A stretch of DNA of 64,000 nucleotides from the human T2T-CHM13v2.0 reference genome, Homo sapiens, in the NCBI RefSeq assembly GCF_009914755.1, contig NC_060933.1; one strand, 5' to 3'. The position numbers and the translations under genes are program-made. Under the pieces are notes generated by a model. It searched no databases. It worked only from the letters and a program-made list of their open reading frames with translations, and was not told where the DNA came from. Below, one piece after another: positions 58,021 to 64,000 of this stretch; the stretch's first letter is position 1; each line of letters opens with the position of its first letter.

Positions 58021-58122
58021 ATAAATTTAGCAGCCACATGTGCTTAGTGGCTACCATATTGGGCAGCATAGATATAAGCATTTATCTCCATCATTGCAAA
58101 AAGTTCTATTGCATGTGCTGCT
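58021..58122. mobile_element. MER3-like hAT fragment
   Basis: GCCACATGTGCTTAGTGGCTACCATATTGG...CATCATTGCAAAAAGTTCTATTG. Confidence 0.65.
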
Positions 58123-58398
58123 CTAGATTTTTTCTACCAGTGGTGGCTCCAAGACCAGAAGGGAACTCTTTTTTAAATTTTATTTTTACTTTAAGTTATA
58201 GGATACATGTGCAGAATGTGCAGGTTTGTTACACAGATATACATGTACCATGGTGGTTTGCTGCACCTATCAACCCATCATCCAGGTTTTAAGCCTCGCA
58301 TGCATTAGGTATTTGTCCTAATACTCTCCCTCCCCTTGCCCCCCAACCCTCTGACAGGCTCCGGTGTGTGATGTTTCTCTCCCTGTGTCCATGCATTC

Positions 58399-61300
58399 TC
58401 ACTGTTCAATCCCATTCATGAGTGAGAACATGCGGTGTTTGGTTTTCTGTTCCTGTGTGAGTTTGCTGAGAATGATGGTTTCCAGCTTCATCCATGTCAC
58501 TGCAAACGACATGAACTCATTCTTTTTTATGGCTGCATAGTATTCCATGGTGTATATGTGCCATATTTTCTTTATCCAGTCTGTCATTGATGGGCATTTG
58601 GGTTGGTTCCAAGTCTTTGCTATCGTAAATAGTGCTGCAATAAACATATGTGTGCATGTGTCTTTATAGTAGAATGATTTATAATCCTTTGGGTATATAT
58701 GCAGCAATGAGATTGCTGGGTCAAAAGGTGTTTCTGGTTCTAGACCTTGAGGAATTGCCACAACTCTCTTCCACAATGGTTGAACTCATTTACCCTCCAA
58801 CCAACAGTGTAGAGGCATTCCTCTTTCTCCACATCCTTGCCAGCAACTGTTGTTTCCTGACTTTTTAATAATCGCCATTCTAACTGGCATGAAATGGTAT
58901 CTTATTGTTGTTTTGATTTTCATTTTTCTAATGACCAGTGATGATGAGCTTTTTTCCATAGGCTTGTTGGCCTCATAAATGTCATCTTTTGAAGTGTCTG
59001 TTTATATCCTTTGCTCACTTTTTGATGGGGTTGTTGTTTTCTTGTAAATTTAAGTTCTTTGTAGATTCTGGCTATTAGACCCTTGTCAGATGGATAGATT
59101 GCAAAAATTTTCTCCCATTCTGTAGGTTGCCTGTTCGCTCTGATGATAGTTTCTTTTGCTGTGCAGAGCTCTTTAGTTTAATTAGATCCTATTTGTTAAT
59201 TTTGGCTTTTGTTGCCATTGCTTTTGGTGTTTTAGTCATGAAGCCTTTGCCCATACCTATGTCCTGAATGGTATTGCCTAGGTTTTCTTCTAGGGTTTTT
59301 AGGTTTTAGGTTTAACATTTAAGTCTTTAATCCATCTTGAGTTTTTTTTTTTGAATAAGGTGTAAGGACGGGGTCCAACTTCAGTTTTCTGCATATGGCT
59401 AGCCAGTTTTCCCAGCACCATTTTTTAAATAGAGAATCCTTTCCCCATTGCTTGTTTTCGTCAGGTTTGTCAAAGATCAAATGGTTGTAGATGTGTGGTG
59501 TTATTTCTGAGGCCTCTGTTCTGTTCTGTTGGTCTATATATCTGTTTTGGTACCAGTACCATGCTGTTTTGGTTACTGTAGCCTCGTAGTGTAGTTTGAA
59601 GTCAGGTAGTGTAATGCCTCCAGCTTTGTTCTTTTTGCTTAGGATTGTTCTGGCTATACAAGCTCTTTTTTGGTTCCATATGAAATTTAAAGCAGTTTTT
59701 TCTAATTCTGTGAAGAAAGTCAGTGGTAGCTTGATGGAGATAGCATTAAATCTATAAATTACTTTGGGCAATATGGCCATTTTCACAATATTGATTCTTC
59801 CTATCTATGGGCATGGATTGTTTTTTCCATTTATCTGCATCCTTTCTTATTTCCTTGAGCAGTGGTTTGCAAATCTCCTTGAAGAGGTCCTTTCAGTCCC
59901 TTGTAAGCTGTATTCTTAGGTATTTTATTCTCTTTGTAGCAATTGTGAATGGGAATTCACTTGTGATTTTGCTCTCTGCTTGTCTATTGTTGTATAGGAA
60001 TGCTTGTGATTTTTGCACATTGATTTTGTATCCTGAGACTTTGCTGAAGTTCCTTTATTAGCTTAAGGAATTTTGGGGCTGAGACAATGGGATTTTCTAA
60101 ATATACAATTATGTCATCTGCAAACAGAAACAATTTGACTTCCTTTCTTCCTATTGAATACCCTTTATTTCTTTCTCTTGCCTGATTGCCTTGGCCAGAA
60201 CTTCCAGGACTATGTTGAATAAGAGTAGTGAGAGAGGGCAAACTTGTCTTGTGCTGATTTTCAAAGGGAATGCTTCCAGCTTTTGCCCATTCAGTATGAT
60301 ATTGGCTATGGGTTTGTCATAAATAGCTCTTATTATTTTGAGAGATGTTCCATAAATAGCTAGTTTATTGACAGTTTTTAGCATGAAGGGGTGTTGAATT
60401 TTATTGAAGGCCTTTTCTGGATCTATTGAGATAATCATGTAGTTTGTGTCATTGGTTCTGTTTATTGATTTGCATATGTTGAACCAGCCTTGCATCCTAG
60501 GGATGAAGCTGACATGATCATGGTGGATAAGCTTTTTGATGTGCTGCTGGATTCGGTTTGCCAGTATTTTATTGAGGATTTTTGCATCGATGTTCATTAG
60601 GGATATTGCCTGAATTGTTGTTGTGTCTCTGCCAAGTTTTGGTATCAGGATGATTCTGGCCTCATAAAATGAGTTAGGGATGAGTCCCTCTTTTTCTATT
60701 TGGAATAGTTTCAGAAGGAATAGTACCAGCTCCTCTTTCTACCTCTGGCAGAATTTGGCTGTAAATTTGTCTGGTCCTAGGTGTTTTTTGGTTGGTAGGC
60801 TATTAACTACTGCCTCAATTTCAGAGCTTGTTATTGGTTTATTCAGGAATTCAACTTCCTGGTTTAGTCTTGGGAGGGTCTAAGTGTTCAGAAATTTATT
60901 TCTTCTAGATTTTCTAGGTTTTTTTTTTTTTTTTTGCATAAATGTGTTTATAGTATTCTCTGATGGTAGTTTGTATTTCTGTGGGATCCGTGATGATATT
61001 CCCTTTATCATTTTTTATTGCGTCTATTTGATTCTTCTCTCTTCTTTATTAGTCTGGCTAGAGGTCTATTTTGCTGATCTTTTTTTTTTTTTTTTTTTTT
61101 TAAAACAGTTCCTGGATCCACTGATTTTTTTTTTAAGGGTTTTTTCATGTCTCTATCTCTTTCAGTTCTGCTCTGACCTTAGTTATTTCTTGTATCCTGC
61201 TAACTTTTGAATTTCTTTGCTCTTTCTTCTCTAGTTCTTTTAATTGTGGTGTTAGGGTGTCGATTTTAGATCTTTCCTGCTTTCTCATGTGGGCATTTAG

Positions 61301-62203
61301 TGCTATAAATTTTCCTCTTAACACTGCTTTAGCTGTGTCCCAGAGATTCTGGTACATTTTGTCTTTGTTCTCATTTGTTTCTAAGAACTTCTTTATTTCT
61401 GCCTCAGTTTCATTATTTACCCAGTAGACATTCAGGAGCAGGTTGTTGAGTTTCCATGTAGATGTGCAGTTTGAGTGAGTTTCTTAATCCTGAGTTCTAA
61501 TTTGATTGCACTGTGGTCTGAGAGACTGTTTGTTATGATTTCTGGCTTTTGCATTTTGCTGAGGACTGTTTTACTTTCAATTATGTGGTCAATTTTAGGA
61601 TAAGTGTGATGTGGTGCTGAGAAGAATGTATATTCTGTTGATTTGGGGTGGAGAGTTCTGTAGATATCTATTAGGTCCACTTGGTCCAGAACTGAGCTCA
61701 AGTCCTGAATATCCTTGTTAATTTTTTGGCTCATTGATCTGTCTAATATTGACAGTGGGGTGTTAAAGTCTCCCACTATTATTGTGTGGGAGGCTAAGTC
61801 TCTTTGCAGGTCTCTAGGAACTTGTTTTATGAATTTGGGTGCTCCTATATTGCATGCATATGTATTTAGGATAGTTAGATCTTCTTGTTGCATTGATCCC
61901 TTTACCATTATGTAATGCCCTTCTTTGTTTTTGTTGATCTTTGTTAGTTTAAATTCTGTTTTATCAGAGACTAGGATCACAACCTCCACTTCTTTTTTCC
62001 TTTCATTTGCTTGGTAAATATTCCTTCCTCTGTCCTTTTATTTTGAGTTTATATGTGTCTTTGCACGTGTGATGGGTCTCCTGAATACAGCACACTGATG
62101 GGTCTTGAATCTTTATCCAATTTGTCAGTCTGTGTCTTTTAATTGGGGCATTTAGCCCGTTTACATTTAAGGTTAATATTATATGTGAATTGGATCCTGT
62201 CAT
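58399..62203 (-). pseudogene. Disrupted L1 ORF2
   Basis: MTGSNSHI start, [57 protein letters not shown]; frameshifted. Confidence 0.9.
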
Positions 62204-62265
62204 CATGATGCTAGTGCTTATTTTGCACATTAGTTGATGCAGTTTCTTCATAGTATCATTGGTCT

Positions 62266-63057
62266 TTATATTTTGGTGTGTTTTTGCAGTGGCTGGTACC
62301 AGTTGTTCCTTTCCGTATTTAGTGCTTCCTTCAGGAGCTCTTGTAAAGCAGGCCTAGTGGTGACAAAATTCCTCAGCATTTTCTTGTCTGTAAAGGATTT
62401 TATTTCTCCTTTGCTTATGAAGCTTAATTTGGCTGGATATGAAATTCTGGGTAGAAAATTCTTTAAGAATGTTGAATATTGGCCCCCACTCTCTTCTAGC
62501 TTGTAGGGTTTCTTCAAAGAGATCTGCTGTTAGTCTGATGGGCTTAACCTTTGTAGGTAACCTGACCTTTCTCTCTGGCTGCCCTTAACATTTTTTCCTT
62601 TGTTTCAACCTTGGAGAGTCTGACAGTTACATGTCTTGGGGTTGCTCTTCTTGAGGAGTATCTTAGTGGTGTTCTCTGTATTTCCTGAATTTGAATGTTG
62701 GCCCGTCTTGCTAGGTTGGGGAAGTTCTCCCGGACAATATCCTGAAGTGTGTTTTCCAACTTGGTTCCATTCTCCTAGTCACTTTCAGGCACCTTAATCA
62801 ATTGTGGGTTTTGTTTTTCACACAATCCCATATTTCTTGGATGCGTTGTTCATTCCTTTTCATTCTTTTTTCCTCTAATCTTGTCTTCATGCTTTATTTC
62901 AGTAAGTTAATCTTCAATCTCTGATATCCTTTCTTCCGCTTGATCAATTCAGCTGTTGATATTTGTGTATGCTTCAGGAAGTTCTTGTCCTGTGTTTTTC
63001 AGCTCCATCAGGTCATTTATGTTCTTCTCTAAACTGGTTATTCTAGTTAGCCATTCC
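62266..63057 (-). pseudogene. Disrupted L1 ORF1 with the N-terminus deleted
   Basis: ENFPNLARRANIQIQEIQRTP, RAAREKGQVTYKG, PRISYPAKLSF. Confidence 0.88.
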
Positions 63058-64000
63058 TGTGATCTCTCCCAGTCAGGAAGCATGGGGGTCAGGGACCCAC
63101 TTGAGGAGGCAGTCTGTTTCTTAGCAGAGCTCAAGCTGTGCTGGGAGAATCCTCCTTGTCAGGATCAGCTGCTCTCTTCAGAACCAGCAGGCAGGAATGT
63201 TTAAGTCCACTGAAGCTGTGCCCACAGCTGCTTCTTCCACTGGGTGCTCTGTCCCAGGGAGATGGGAGTTTTATCTATAAGCCCCTGACTGGGACTGCTG
63301 CCTTTGTCTCAGAGATGCCCTGCCCAGTGAGGAGGAGTCTAGAGAAGACAGTCTGGCCACAGCTGTTTTGCCATGCTGTAGTGAGTTCTGCCCAGTCTGA
63401 ACTTCCAGGCTTCCTTAGCACTGTCCGGGGAAAGCTGCCTACTCAAGCCTCAGTAATGGCAGATGCCCATCCCCCAACCAAGCTTGAGATCGTCCTAGGT
63501 CTACTTCAGATTGCTGTGCTGGCAATGAGAATTTCACACCAGTGGTTCTTAGCTTGCTGGGCTCCATGGGAATGGGACCCACTGAGCAAGATCACTTGGC
63601 TCCCTGGCTTCAGCAACCTTTCCAGGGGAGTAAACAGTTCTGTCTCATTGGGGGTTCCAGGTACCACTGGGTTACAAAAAAATAAAATAAAAAAAAAAAC
63701 TCCTGCAGCTAGCTCAGTATCTGCCCAAACAGCCACCCAGTTTTGTGCTTGAAACCCAGGGCCCTGGTGGTATAGGCACACAAAGGAATCTCCCGGTCTG
63801 CTGATTATAAAAACCATGGGAAAAGTGTAGTATCTGGGCAGGATTGCGTAGTCCCTCACAGCTTCCCTTGGCTGGAGGAGGGAAGGCCCTGGTTCGTTGC
63901 ACTTGCCAGGTAAGGCGACGCCCCACCCTGCTTCTGCTCACCCTCCTTGGGCTGTACCCACTGCCTAACCAGTCGCAATGGGATGAAATGCAGAATTCAC

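Larger units (their letters stand above)
58168..64000 (-). mobile_element. Near-full-length L1PA7-like LINE-1; 5'UTR runs off the right edge; inactive
   Basis: 3' end GCTGCACCTATCAACCCATCATCCAGGTTTTAAGCC; collinear ORF2/ORF1 fragments; L1PA7/8-type 5'UTR. Confidence 0.92.

Noticed and set aside
57834-58292. 152-aa + strand ORF
   Set aside because: Chance read-through across MIR, MER3 and an antisense L1 tail, with a non-ATG start

Overview
This is primate, almost certainly human, non-coding genomic DNA; a near-consensus AluYa5 with all five diagnostic bases sits at 19293-19596. I estimate that 85-90% of the window is interspersed repeat. It contains about 15 LINE-1 pieces, including a full-length L1PA10-like element with a perfect 14-bp TSD and near-full-length L1PA13- and L1PA7-like elements. 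It also has 16 Alu/FLAM copies, two MER11 (HERV-K HML-8) solo LTRs, a complete THE1 MaLR, and MLT1, LTR16, LTR33, Tigger, MER47, MIR and L2 remnants. No intact cellular gene, RNA gene or CRISPR array is supported; nearly every listed ORF is a decayed L1 ORF1/ORF2 piece, an Alu/LTR read-through or a chance ORF. I did not find a convincing new biological system. The best observations are structural or regulatory: an extreme minus-strand bias of retroelements (suggesting a + strand intron), a 14.6-kb nested L1 carrying eight later insertions, a ~200-bp copy of a neighbouring L1 5'UTR, an internally deleted L1MA2 with intact TSD, a frameshifted ORF0 homologue with a strong antisense splice donor, and CTCF, G4 and AP-1/STAT/TEAD motifs in the small unique region. 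Subfamily names come from recalled diagnostic sequence and need RepeatMasker/Dfam confirmation.
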